Source of the DNA: Alphaproteobacteria bacterium
GTDB taxonomy: Bacteria; Pseudomonadota; Alphaproteobacteria; RF32; CAG-239
Assembly: GCA_047975765.1 (NCBI GenBank)
Contig: JBKEEF010000012.1
Coordinates: 210,995-274,994, forward strand
DNA length: 64,000 nucleotides
Direction of reading: 5' to 3'
Part shown: positions 1-8,689 of the stretch, in pieces
How the letters are laid out: the number at the start of each line of letters is the position of its first letter
Numbering within the stretch: position 1 is the first letter of the stretch
Notes under the pieces: model-generated
Database searches by the model: none
Told to the model about the DNA's origin: nothing
What the model saw: only the letters and a program-made list of their open reading frames with translations
Position numbers and translations under genes: made by a program

Positions 1-5
1 GAAAG

Positions 6-1109
6 CTAAAACACAATAGCTTTCATAAACAAATATTTCTTCACATGGTGCGGCATTTTGGCTTTGCCATATTTTTCAGTAATGAAATTTTCTAACTTTT
101 TCTTTTCGACAATTTCTTTACTTTTTAACTCTGGAATTATCCAAATATTTTTATCTGCAAATATAATTTCACAATCTGCTAAAGTTCTGCTTTTAAACGC
201 TCCATTCTTCAGAGAATCGCAAATTCTCTGAACTTGTTCAGACTCGGGAATATAGTCCCTACTTGCAATATCTTTCAAAAGCTTTGCAAAAGTTCTGAAT
301 AAAATTTCTTCATGCAGATTTTGGAGTTGATGAATTGAAATTTTTAAAGCTTTTTCATCATAAAATTTTACATTATTTTTTATAAAATTATCAGTTTGTT
401 TTTCTAAATAATCTCTAGTTCGACTTAAAATATTTGATGTTTTAGCAAGCCTATCAATTGTTAAACCAATTTTTTGCTCTAACTCTGGTAAAAACTTTCG
501 AACTCGAACACGCAGAAAATCTTCGTTTTCATTTAGATAGTCTTCTTTCCACTCAATTTTATTTGAACCAAGATAGTTTTTTAACTCTTCTGGCATAAAA
601 TCTAAGAGTGGGCGAATCAACTTGAGTTTTCCTAATTCCGAAACTTCCGCTATTCCACTCAAACCATCAACACCACTTCCTCTTTGCAGACGCATCAAAA
701 ATGTTTCCGCTTGATCTTTTTTGTGATGTGCGATGAGTAAATTTTCAACTTGATTTTGTTCGCAAAAATTTTGAAGCAAACCGTATCTAATTTTCCTCGC
801 AATTTCTTCAATACCTGTTTTAGGTTTCTCACCTTCCCAAATCAAGATGTGATGTTCAATTGAATTTTGTTTCATCAATTTTGCAACATATTTTGCCTCT
901 TCTGCAGAATCTTCTCTAAGTTTATGGTCAACTGTCAGGGCTACAAATTTGATATTTTGTTCTTCAGAAAATTTTTTCAATAAAAAAATGAGAGCCAAAG
1001 AATCTGCTCCACCGGAAACCCCGACTGCAAATTTTTGGTTCTCAATTCTTTCTCTGTTAAGAAGAGCCGAAAATTTTTCAAAAAATTTTCTTTCTAGATT
1101 TTGAGGCAT
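6..1109 (-). CDS. tilS: tRNA(Ile)-lysidine synthase
   Basis: VGVSGGADS PP-loop, TVDHKLR, AHHKKDQAETFLMRLQRGSG, RPLL, DxxN..R..RVR motifs; follows pal-cpoB as usual in Alphaproteobacteria. Confidence 0.96.
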   Translation of the reverse strand: MPQNLERKFFEKFSALLNRERIENQKFAVGVSGGADSLALIFLLKKFSEEQNIKFVALTVDHKLREDSAEEAKYVAKLMKQNSIEHHILIWEGEKPKTGIEEIARKIRYGLLQNFCEQNQVENLLIAHHKKDQAETFLMRLQRGSGVDGLSGIAEVSELGKLKLIRPLLDFMPEELKNYLGSNKIEWKEDYLNENEDFLRVRVRKFLPELEQKIGLTIDRLAKTSNILSRTRDYLEKQTDNFIKNNVKFYDEKALKISIHQLQNLHEEILFRTFAKLLKDIASRDYIPESEQVQRICDSLKNGAFKSRTLADCEIIFADKNIWIIPELKSKEIVEKKKLENFITEKYGKAKMPHHVKKYLFMKAIVF

Positions 1110-1111
1110 TT

Positions 1112-1843
1112 TTATTTACAAGAATATTTCTTAGCCAATTCTGTGGCTTTAGACTTCAAAGAATCCGAAGTCTTTGGAAATTCTTTTGGCAAACTTTTGA
1201 ATGCTGCACAAGCTTCAGCTGTCTTATTAAGTCCTGCCATAGACATTCCTAATTTTAGCAAACTGTCAGCACCTTTAGGTCCGCTCTTATAATTTTCGTA
1301 ACCCTTAGCAAAAGCAACGGCTGCTCTTTGATAGTCTTTATCTGCATAATATGCTTCACCCATCCAATATTGTGCATTTCCTGCCAATTTATGAGATGAG
1401 TAACTTGTGAGAATTTTATTAAAATATTGAACAGCATCTTTGTTTCTTGAAGAAGTGATAGAATCCATCCCTTTCTTATAAAGATCATCGACTGTACCAC
1501 TCAAATTAAGATCTGACGGAGGGACAGAAAGTCCGCCAGAATTTGAGGAAGAAACAGAATTTGCTGTTGCTGCCGCTGGACTTCTTTCAATTGCAGAAAA
1601 ACGAAGTTCAAAGTCTTTCTTCATCATTTCCATTTGGCTTTCCAAATTTCTAATTTTATTTTCAAGTTCTTCGACCTTACCTTGAGAAGAACGGACTGTT
1701 TCGTCCATTTGACCCATTCTTACCAATATATCAGAAGAACCTGATGAAGAAGAAGGATACATATCTTGTTGAGTAATTTGTGCTTGCAAATTTGAAGAAG
1801 CAAGAACGGTGCCAACAATGAGAAGATACTTAAAAACTTTCAT
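1112..1843 (-). CDS. cpoB: Tol-Pal system protein CpoB/YbgF (coiled coil + TPR)
   Basis: Signal peptide, coiled coil, TPR with LAGNAQYWMGEAYY and KGADSLLKLGMS; directly downstream of pal. Confidence 0.92.
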   Translation of the reverse strand: MKVFKYLLIVGTVLASSNLQAQITQQDMYPSSSSGSSDILVRMGQMDETVRSSQGKVEELENKIRNLESQMEMMKKDFELRFSAIERSPAAATANSVSSSNSGGLSVPPSDLNLSGTVDDLYKKGMDSITSSRNKDAVQYFNKILTSYSSHKLAGNAQYWMGEAYYADKDYQRAAVAFAKGYENYKSGPKGADSLLKLGMSMAGLNKTAEACAAFKSLPKEFPKTSDSLKSKATELAKKYSCK

Positions 1844-1929
1844 ATTAACCTCTTATAAAAAACAATGATTTATAAGATATATATATTAAATTCCCTACAA
1901 TCTCAAGAGTAAAAAGGAACATTTAAACC

Positions 1930-1967
1930 AAAAAAAAGCGTATCTCAATTAAGATACGCTAATTTTT
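1930..1967 (-). terminator. Intrinsic terminator after pal
   Basis: Stem agcgtatct/agatacgct flanked by A and T tracts. Confidence 0.75.
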
Positions 1968-1984
1968 GTACTTTTAGTGGCTAA

Positions 1985-2446
1985 TTAGTTAGCTTTAACT
2001 ACAGTAACTGCACGACGGTTTTGAGCCCATGCTGCATCGTTGTCGCCAACAACAGCTGGTCTTTCTTTACCGTAAGAAATAGTAGAAATTCTGTCAGCAG
2101 CAATACCTTGAGATACTAAGTATTGTTTAACAGCATTTGCACGACGTTCACCCAATGCCAAGTTGTATTCTCTAGTACCTCTGTCATCTGTGTGACCTTC
2201 TACTACAACGTTAACATTTGAATGTTCGCTTAACCATTTTGATTGTGTTTTGATTGCTTCAGCAGCATCAGCAGAAATAGCTGAGCTATCAAATGCAAAG
2301 AATACTCTGTCTTCAGCGTTTGCGATAAAGCTACGTGCTTCCAAAGAATCACATTCGCTTCCACCGAAAATACCGCCAGAAGAATCAGAAGTTGAACAAG
2401 CTGACAAGAGCATTACTGCACTTAACAAACCCAAAAGTTTTTTCAT
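1985..2446 (-). CDS. pal: Peptidoglycan-associated lipoprotein Pal
   Basis: Lipobox LLSAC; OmpA C-domain VFFAFDS, EGHTDDRGTREYNLALGERRA, SYGKERP, NRRA; SD ggag. Confidence 0.97.
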   Translation of the reverse strand: MKKLLGLLSAVMLLSACSTSDSSGGIFGGSECDSLEARSFIANAEDRVFFAFDSSAISADAAEAIKTQSKWLSEHSNVNVVVEGHTDDRGTREYNLALGERRANAVKQYLVSQGIAADRISTISYGKERPAVVGDNDAAWAQNRRAVTVVKAN

Positions 2447-2494
2447 TTTATTTTCTCCATATAGGTTATTTATATCTTTTTCAATACAATGCCT

Positions 2495-2523
2495 AGATTA
2501 CGAAATAAAAGTAAATTTTGCAA
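2495..2523 (-). promoter_or_regulatory. Candidate sigma70 promoter of pal
   Basis: TTGCAA-17-TAATCT on minus strand. Confidence 0.5.
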
Positions 2524-2583
2524 TAAGAAATATTAAATATTTGCAATATTTTTTTATAAGCTTTTGGTAATATATTTTAGGGC

Positions 2584-2616
2584 AAAAAAAAAGGGGAACA
2601 AAGCTGTTCCCTTTTT
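2584..2616 (-). terminator. Intrinsic terminator after orphan 2636-3394
   Basis: Stem ggggaaca/tgttccc with A/T tracts on both sides. Confidence 0.7.
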
Positions 2617-2635
2617 AATTTTTATGCATGTTTTC

Positions 2636-3394
2636 CTAGGAAATCCGAGGAATTTGAGGTTCAGCATTATCTGATTTATCTCCCAAATCGTAAAGTCCAA
2701 ATACTCTATTCTTTCCTTCACAAAGCATTTTATAACGAGCAAACTCACTGTGGACAACATCATTTTTCCGTCCATTTTCAATTTTCATCTCGCTAACTTC
2801 TCGAGAATCCGCTTCAAAAATGTAGCCCGAATCAAACAAACAGTATAGTTTTTTCGATTTTGACGTTTCAAATGACCACGCAAGGTGTTTTATTGAACCT
2901 CTTGGTGTAGAAAGTTCAAGCTCCACAATGTTTGGAACCTTAGAAAAACTGTTCTTGCGAATCCATAAAACCTTTTCCACTGCAGCCACTACATTAGACT
3001 CTTTCAACCAATCTCCACTCTCTTTAAAAAGAGGGATAAGATTGTTTTCATGAAAAAGAAAAACATGAGACCTGTTTGCTTTTATAGGATATTTGGTTTT
3101 CTGATACCCTGGAGCAAATTTCAAACAAGTAGAAAGACGAGCTATCTTTTCGACCTTCTTAGAAGCAAATAAACCTTCACATTCAGGAAATTTTTCCAGA
3201 TATGTTTGGTTCATATGATTAGAAGGGCTAGAAATGAGAAGAACATCCCCATCGTTTAAATTGAACTCACTTTTTGCAACAGATATATGTTTTACGATAT
3301 TTTCAATTTTCTCAATAAAGCTAGGTTCTGTTGACTTTGTTGTTCCAGGATTCCAATTAGGGATAATATATCCGCTACCTGCATAATTTTCCAT
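2636..3394 (-). CDS. Hypothetical protein, paralog of 3523-4227
   Basis: 252-aa ORF with own promoter and terminator; shares NWN, EPSF..KIE, EGLF, HLA, YCL..SGYIFEADS with its neighbour. Confidence 0.85.
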   Translation of the reverse strand: MENYAGSGYIIPNWNPGTTKSTEPSFIEKIENIVKHISVAKSEFNLNDGDVLLISSPSNHMNQTYLEKFPECEGLFASKKVEKIARLSTCLKFAPGYQKTKYPIKANRSHVFLFHENNLIPLFKESGDWLKESNVVAAVEKVLWIRKNSFSKVPNIVELELSTPRGSIKHLAWSFETSKSKKLYCLFDSGYIFEADSREVSEMKIENGRKNDVVHSEFARYKMLCEGKNRVFGLYDLGDKSDNAEPQIPRIS

Positions 3395-3434
3395 GTTTAA
3401 TAATTTAAATGTAAATAATATTTTAATTGTGTTT

Positions 3435-3463
3435 ATCGTACCTACTCACGCCTTATTTGTCAA
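3435..3463 (-). promoter_or_regulatory. Candidate sigma70 promoter
   Basis: TTGACA-17-TACGAT upstream of 3394. Confidence 0.65.
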
Positions 3464-3474
3464 ATATTTTGTCG

Positions 3475-3510
3475 AAAAAAATAAGAGAGATAGTTTCCTA
3501 TCCCTCTTAT
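3475..3510 (-). terminator. Intrinsic terminator after 3523-4227
   Basis: aagagagatag/ctatccctctt hairpin followed by U tract on minus strand. Confidence 0.6.
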
Positions 3511-3522
3511 AAAATCTTTGCC

Positions 3523-4227
3523 TTATTTATTTTCAATAAATCTCAAAGATTTAGAATTTCCTCCAATATTCTTATACTGTGCAAAGTCATCAGAATATGT
3601 TGTGGATTTTTTTTCGTAATTGATTTCGACTTCACTCTCTTCAACCAGTTCAGAATCCGCCTCAAAAATGTAGCCCGATGCAAGCAAACAATAATAACTT
3701 TTTCCAGAATATGCTTTTTGAACAAAAGCAAGGTGTTCAATTGTATGAAGTGCAGATTGTATCTTAATCTTCACGCATTTTGGACCTTCATAGTGACCAA
3801 AGTCATTTCTGGTAATCTTCCTGATGGCTTGATAAGCTTTTTCAGCGGTCAACCATTCCTGATTTTCGGCATAGAGTGGAACAAAAACATTGTTTTGAAA
3901 CAACAGAACTTGTGAACCAACAAGCCTTAACGGACGTTTGAATTTTTTAAAGTTACATCTCAAATTTTCACAAACAACCAAGCGTGAAATTTTTTTCAAC
4001 TTCGCCGTCACAAAAAGACCTTCAAGTTTTTCGATAGGGCTGTGAAAGGTTTGATTGGTTCGATCGGCCAAAGCACCAACATGGAGCAAATCACCTTCTT
4101 CCATTGCTTCAATAAAAGCTAAGTCGGATGATTTTTTCAAAATAGCTTCAATCTTATCTTCAAAACTTGGCTCATTAAATGCTGTTGAACCACCAAAATT
4201 CCAATTTATTAGCGGTGTATTTTCCAT
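3523..4227 (-). CDS. Hypothetical protein, paralog of 2636-3394
   Basis: 234-aa ORF alignable by eye over nearly full length with 2636-3394. Confidence 0.85.
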   Translation of the reverse strand: MENTPLINWNFGGSTAFNEPSFEDKIEAILKKSSDLAFIEAMEEGDLLHVGALADRTNQTFHSPIEKLEGLFVTAKLKKISRLVVCENLRCNFKKFKRPLRLVGSQVLLFQNNVFVPLYAENQEWLTAEKAYQAIRKITRNDFGHYEGPKCVKIKIQSALHTIEHLAFVQKAYSGKSYYCLLASGYIFEADSELVEESEVEINYEKKSTTYSDDFAQYKNIGGNSKSLRFIENK

Positions 4228-4274
4228 AATTCAATAAATTTTAGAATAACTATTAATAATATATTTCAATCAAT

Positions 4275-4302
4275 AGATTAGTCTTAATTTTTATTTTGTC
4301 AA
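4275..4302 (-). promoter_or_regulatory. Candidate sigma70 promoter
   Basis: TTGACA-16-TAATCT upstream of 4227. Confidence 0.55.
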
Positions 4303-4316
4303 ATATTTTTGTCAAA

Positions 4317-4345
4317 ATAAGGAGTGCAAAAATTGCACTCCTTAT
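4317..4345 (-). terminator. Terminator overlapping stop of 4342-4830
   Basis: Perfect 13-bp stem ataaggagtgcaa/ttgcactccttat. Confidence 0.7.
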
Positions 4346-4830
4346 AATTTTTTCTTAAATTTTTCAGGAAACTTCAATGTTGGATATTTTTGATATATCT
4401 CCGATAAAGCAGACATTCCAAGTCCAATCATACAGTTTTTTGTTTTTTCTACAAATTTTTCTAGGCAACTTAATGCTTTTTCCTCTTCATTTTTAGGAAG
4501 ATTTTTAAAGTATTGTGTGAAATTTTTAAAAAAGAGAGCAACATCATCTGAGGTTAGCTTGTCTTTTTCTGCAAAATAATTCACAATAATCAAGTTATTC
4601 TTTTCAGAAAAAATTCTTGGATAAGTAATCAAAATTGAAGCGACCATATTATCAAAATATATAACTTCGACTTCATTTTTCAAACAACTTATAAAGTCTT
4701 CTTCTAGTGCATCTCTCAGCTCAATATATTTTTTTGCTGTGTCTTCAGGGATTCCTTCAATACTTCTATCAAGAGAATTCATCACGGAAAACCATTGATG
4801 CAAATTGAGTAAATCAACTTCTTTTTTCAT
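4342..4830 (-). CDS. Hypothetical alpha-helical protein
   Basis: 162-aa ORF between promoter-like TTGCAA-16-TATAAT and a terminator; no recognised motif. Confidence 0.75.
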   Translation of the reverse strand: MKKEVDLLNLHQWFSVMNSLDRSIEGIPEDTAKKYIELRDALEEDFISCLKNEVEVIYFDNMVASILITYPRIFSEKNNLIIVNYFAEKDKLTSDDVALFFKNFTQYFKNLPKNEEEKALSCLEKFVEKTKNCMIGLGMSALSEIYQKYPTLKFPEKFKKKL

Positions 4831-4898
4831 ATAATTATAATTTAAATTAGTAATAAAATATTGCTTGAATTATATCTTTTTTGAACAAATTTGCAAAT

Positions 4899-4928
4899 AA
4901 AAAAGAGGTGCATTTCTGCACCTCTTTT
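4899..4928 (-). terminator. Terminator after ppdK
   Basis: aaaagaggtgca/tgcacctctttt hairpin. Confidence 0.8.
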
Positions 4929-4943
4929 CTTTTTAGCTATTGA

Positions 4944-7610
4944 TTAAGCTGCTTTTTTAGAAGAAGCTTTAGCCTTTACAGCAGCTTGAGCTGCAGCAAG
5001 TCTAGCAATAGGTACGCGGAATGGAGAACAAGAAACGTAGTTCATTCCACATGTTTGGAAGAAGTTGATTGATTCTGGATCACCACCATGCTCACCACAA
5101 ACACCAAGTTTGATTTTCGCACGAGTTGCACGACCTTTATCACAACCTTCTTTAACCAAAGCACCAACACCAGCAACATCAATTGTTGCAAATGGATCAG
5201 CTACATAAACACCTTTTGAACGGTATTCGTCAAGAATCGCACCAGTATCGTCACGGCTCATACCCAAAGTTGTTTGAGTTAAGTCATTTGTACCGAAGCC
5301 GAAGAATTCTGCTGATTCAGCAATTTCGTCAGCAAGAATTGCAGCTCTTGGAAGTTCAATCATTGTACCAACCATATATTTGATTTCTTTGCCTTTTTCA
5401 GCGAAGATTTTTTTAGCTGTTGCATCGATAACTTCTTTAACGATATCCAATTCTCTCTTAGAACCAACCAATGGAACTTCAATTTCAGGAGTTACTTGAA
5501 CACCTTCTGCTGAAAGTTCAAGAGCTGCTTCAAGAATTGCACGTGTTTGCATTTCGCAAATTTCAGGATATGTAACTGCGAGACGGCAACCACGGTGACC
5601 CAACATTGGGTTAAATTCGTGAAGAGATTCAGATTTTTCTTTAATTTTTTCAAAAGTCACACCCATTTCTTTTGCCAATTCTTTCATTTCAGCATCAGTA
5701 TGAGGCAAGAATTCGTGCAAAGGTGGGTCAAGCAAACGAATTGTTACTGGAAGACCATCCATCACTTTATACAAGTCTTTAAAGTCTTGTTTTTGGTATG
5801 GGAGAAGTTTAGCCAAAGCTTTTCTACGGCCAGCTTCATCTTCAGAAAGAATCATTTGACGCATATCTTGAATTCTGTGTGCATCAAAGAACATATGTTC
5901 TGTACGAGCCAAACCAATACCTTCTGCACCGAAATCACGAGCTTGTTTTGCATCTCTTGCTGTTTCAGCATTTGCGCGAACACTCATTGTACGAAGTTCG
6001 TCAACCCATGCCATGAACACACCAAAGTCACCTGTCATTTCAACTTGAACAGTTGGAACTTTTCCTTCAATGATTTGACCTTTAGCACCGTCGATAGATA
6101 CCCAGTCACCTTCTTTGATTGTCACACCAGCAGTTGTTGTGAATTGTTTTTTAGCATAGTCAATTTTGATGTCGTTTGAACCTGAAACGCAAGGACGACC
6201 CATACCACGAGCAACAACGGCTGCGTGAGAAGTCATACCACCACGAGCTGTGATGATACCTTGTGCTGCGTCCATACCACCGATATCTTCAGGAGAAGTT
6301 TCGATACGAACCAACATAACTTTTTCGCCTTTTTTAACCCAAGCTTCTGCATCTTCAGCATTAAATACTGCACGACCAACAGCCGCACCAGGAGATGCAG
6401 GCAAGCCAGTTCCGATAACATTTTTAGGAGCTTTAGGGTCCAACATTGGGTGAAGCAATTGGTCTAATTGTTCAGCACCAACTTTCATGATAGCTTCTTC
6501 TTTAGTGATTAAACCTTCGTTGAACATATCAACAGCAATTTTCACAGCTGCTTTAGCAGTTCTTTTACCATTACGGCATTGAAGCATCCAAAGTTTTCCG
6601 TGTTGGATTGTAAATTCCATGTCTTGCATGTCTTTGTAGTGTTTTTCCAACTTGTGGCGAACATCGTCAAGTTCTTTATAAAGAGTTGGCATAATGTCTT
6701 CAAGAGAGTCATTTCTACCAGCAACTTTTGCCATTGGAAGAGGTGTTCTGATACCAGCAACAACGTCTTCACCTTGTGCATTTGTCAAATATTCACCATA
6801 ATATACGTTTTCGCCTGTTGAAGGGTCACGAGAGAAGCAAACACCAGTTGCACAATCGTCACCAGCATTACCAAACACCATAGCTTGTACGTTAACAGCA
6901 GTTCCCCAATTACCAGGAATGTTGTTCAATTTACGGTAAGTTACAGCTTTCTTAACTTCCCAAGAGTTGAACACAGCGCCGATACCAGCCATCAATTGTT
7001 CCCAAGGATCTTGAGGGAACATTTTGCCAATTTTTTTGCTGATTGCTTTATATTCTTCAACCAATTCTTTCAAATCTGCAGCTGTCAAATCTGTATCTTG
7101 TTTGCAGCCTTTTTTGTGTTTCATATCTTCAAGAGCGTGTTCGTAGAGATCAATGTCTGCTTCCAAAACCACGTCTGAGAACATCATGATAAAACGACGG
7201 TAAGAGTCATAAGCGAATCTTTCGTCATTAGATGCTTTAGCCAAAGCCTTAACTGTTTCGTCGTTCAAACCAAGGTTGAGAACTGTGTTCATCATACCAG
7301 GCATTGAAACTCTTGCGCCAGAACGAACAGAGAAAAGGAGTGGATTTGTTGCATCACCGAATTTTTTGCCCATAATTTTTTCAACTTTAGAAACACCTTC
7401 TTTAACTTGTGCTTCTAATTCTGAAGGATAAACTTTTCCGTTTGCATAGTAGTGTGTGCAAACTTCAGTTGTTACTGTAAATCCTGGAGGTACTGGCAAT
7501 CCAACTCTGTTCATTTCTGCCAAGTTCGCGCCTTTACCACCAAGAAGATTTTTCATGCTAGCATCGCCTTCAGCATGTCCATCTCCAAATGTATATACCC
7601 ATTTACTCAT
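4944..7610 (-). CDS. ppdK: Pyruvate, phosphate dikinase
   Basis: LLGGKGANLAEM, VSVRSGARVSMPGMM, GGMTSHAAVVARG (phospho-His), EFNPMLGHRGCR, GTNDLTQ, GVCGEHGG; SD aggag. Confidence 0.99.
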   Translation of the reverse strand: MSKWVYTFGDGHAEGDASMKNLLGGKGANLAEMNRVGLPVPPGFTVTTEVCTHYYANGKVYPSELEAQVKEGVSKVEKIMGKKFGDATNPLLFSVRSGARVSMPGMMNTVLNLGLNDETVKALAKASNDERFAYDSYRRFIMMFSDVVLEADIDLYEHALEDMKHKKGCKQDTDLTAADLKELVEEYKAISKKIGKMFPQDPWEQLMAGIGAVFNSWEVKKAVTYRKLNNIPGNWGTAVNVQAMVFGNAGDDCATGVCFSRDPSTGENVYYGEYLTNAQGEDVVAGIRTPLPMAKVAGRNDSLEDIMPTLYKELDDVRHKLEKHYKDMQDMEFTIQHGKLWMLQCRNGKRTAKAAVKIAVDMFNEGLITKEEAIMKVGAEQLDQLLHPMLDPKAPKNVIGTGLPASPGAAVGRAVFNAEDAEAWVKKGEKVMLVRIETSPEDIGGMDAAQGIITARGGMTSHAAVVARGMGRPCVSGSNDIKIDYAKKQFTTTAGVTIKEGDWVSIDGAKGQIIEGKVPTVQVEMTGDFGVFMAWVDELRTMSVRANAETARDAKQARDFGAEGIGLARTEHMFFDAHRIQDMRQMILSEDEAGRRKALAKLLPYQKQDFKDLYKVMDGLPVTIRLLDPPLHEFLPHTDAEMKELAKEMGVTFEKIKEKSESLHEFNPMLGHRGCRLAVTYPEICEMQTRAILEAALELSAEGVQVTPEIEVPLVGSKRELDIVKEVIDATAKKIFAEKGKEIKYMVGTMIELPRAAILADEIAESAEFFGFGTNDLTQTTLGMSRDDTGAILDEYRSKGVYVADPFATIDVAGVGALVKEGCDKGRATRAKIKLGVCGEHGGDPESINFFQTCGMNYVSCSPFRVPIARLAAAQAAVKAKASSKKAA

Positions 7611-7766
7611 GGTCTATCTTGCTCCTAAATTAATATATGCCACAAAAAAAGAATCCCTTTTATGGCGGGTTAAATTAAAACTCGAGCAAAGACTATAACA
7701 GTTGACAGCAATCTTCAAGAAGAATCTTTAGAATCAATCGACTTATCCATAAAGATAAATTTCTTT

Positions 7767-7802
7767 AAAAAAAGAAGGCGAGAAGAAAAATCTTCTCGCC
7801 TT
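7767..7802 (-). terminator. Terminator after beta-barrel gene
   Basis: 12-bp stem aaggcgagaaga/tcttctcgcctt with U tract on minus strand. Confidence 0.8.
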
Positions 7803-7823
7803 AAATCTATTATGTGTTTTTCA

Positions 7824-8585
7824 TCAGAGTTTAACATTAATGTTAAACTTCAGCGAAACACCAACTGAGAAATCGTTAAATTGCAATTTATCGGTTGATA
7901 CTGTTTTCGCTGTAAAATTCTCTCTGTCATTACTTACTTTGTATGTGGAGTAACGCGCAAAAGCTCCAACGCTGAAACTTTCTGTTACTTTATATTCCAC
8001 ATTCGCAGCACCTCCCAAAGTCATTGCAAAACCTTTATAGACATCTCTATATCTATAGTCGCCTATAGCTGTTTCAACTTTATAAGAAACATTGTTTGCT
8101 CCGAATTCAGGTCCTACAGCAGCTTGCCAACGAGAATGTCCAAAAAACAATGAAACAAACTCTAGTTGTACACCACCACCAAACTGCATAGCAGTTGGGT
8201 CAAGGTTATAGCCTTCTTTGGTATATTTCATTTGCTTCCCTCCAACATAGGCATAAAGATTAACTCCACGCATATGTCTTCCGAAAACGGCTCTCATATC
8301 ATAAGCAGAGTTAGTTGTTATACCTGCCTGAGCCTCAAGATACCAATAGTGGTTACGGTAGCTTTCTTTGTTATAGTTGATGACAGTATATTCACCTGTT
8401 TTTTCATCATACTTAAACGTTCCTTGGTATTTGTCGGTTACGTCCTCGTTTGTCGCCCCTTTCATCTTCAAAATATTATCAAGAGCTTTTGAGCCTCTTT
8501 TAGTCGTTTGAGATTGAGCAGATGCGTTGAAAACGAAGAACAAAGAAATTATAATTGCGATTGTTAGATTTACTATATTTTTCAT
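7824..8585 (-). CDS. Outer-membrane beta-barrel protein (OmpA/porin-family-like)
   Basis: Signal peptide ending ASA-Q; alternating strands (YWYLEAQAG, LGGAANVEYKV, FSVGAFARY, FSVGVSLKFN). Confidence 0.75.
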   Translation of the reverse strand: MKNIVNLTIAIIISLFFVFNASAQSQTTKRGSKALDNILKMKGATNEDVTDKYQGTFKYDEKTGEYTVINYNKESYRNHYWYLEAQAGITTNSAYDMRAVFGRHMRGVNLYAYVGGKQMKYTKEGYNLDPTAMQFGGGVQLEFVSLFFGHSRWQAAVGPEFGANNVSYKVETAIGDYRYRDVYKGFAMTLGGAANVEYKVTESFSVGAFARYSTYKVSNDRENFTAKTVSTDKLQFNDFSVGVSLKFNINVKL

Positions 8586-8633
8586 AATCTTTTTTTTAAA
8601 TTGTGTCTTTTTTCATTTTACTGTTTCAAAAAC

Positions 8634-8664
8634 CCTTCCCCAGCATTTAAGATACTGCGGAAGG
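8634..8664 (-). terminator. Imperfect hairpin between lipoprotein and beta-barrel genes
   Basis: ccttccgcagta-tcttaaa-tgctggggaagg followed by gttttt on minus strand. Confidence 0.5.
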
Positions 8665-8689
8665 TATAAGTGTCGTTTAGTTGCCTTTA

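Noticed and set aside
7743-7751. DnaA-box-like TTATCCATA
   Set aside because: Single one-mismatch copy, no cluster or other origin features.
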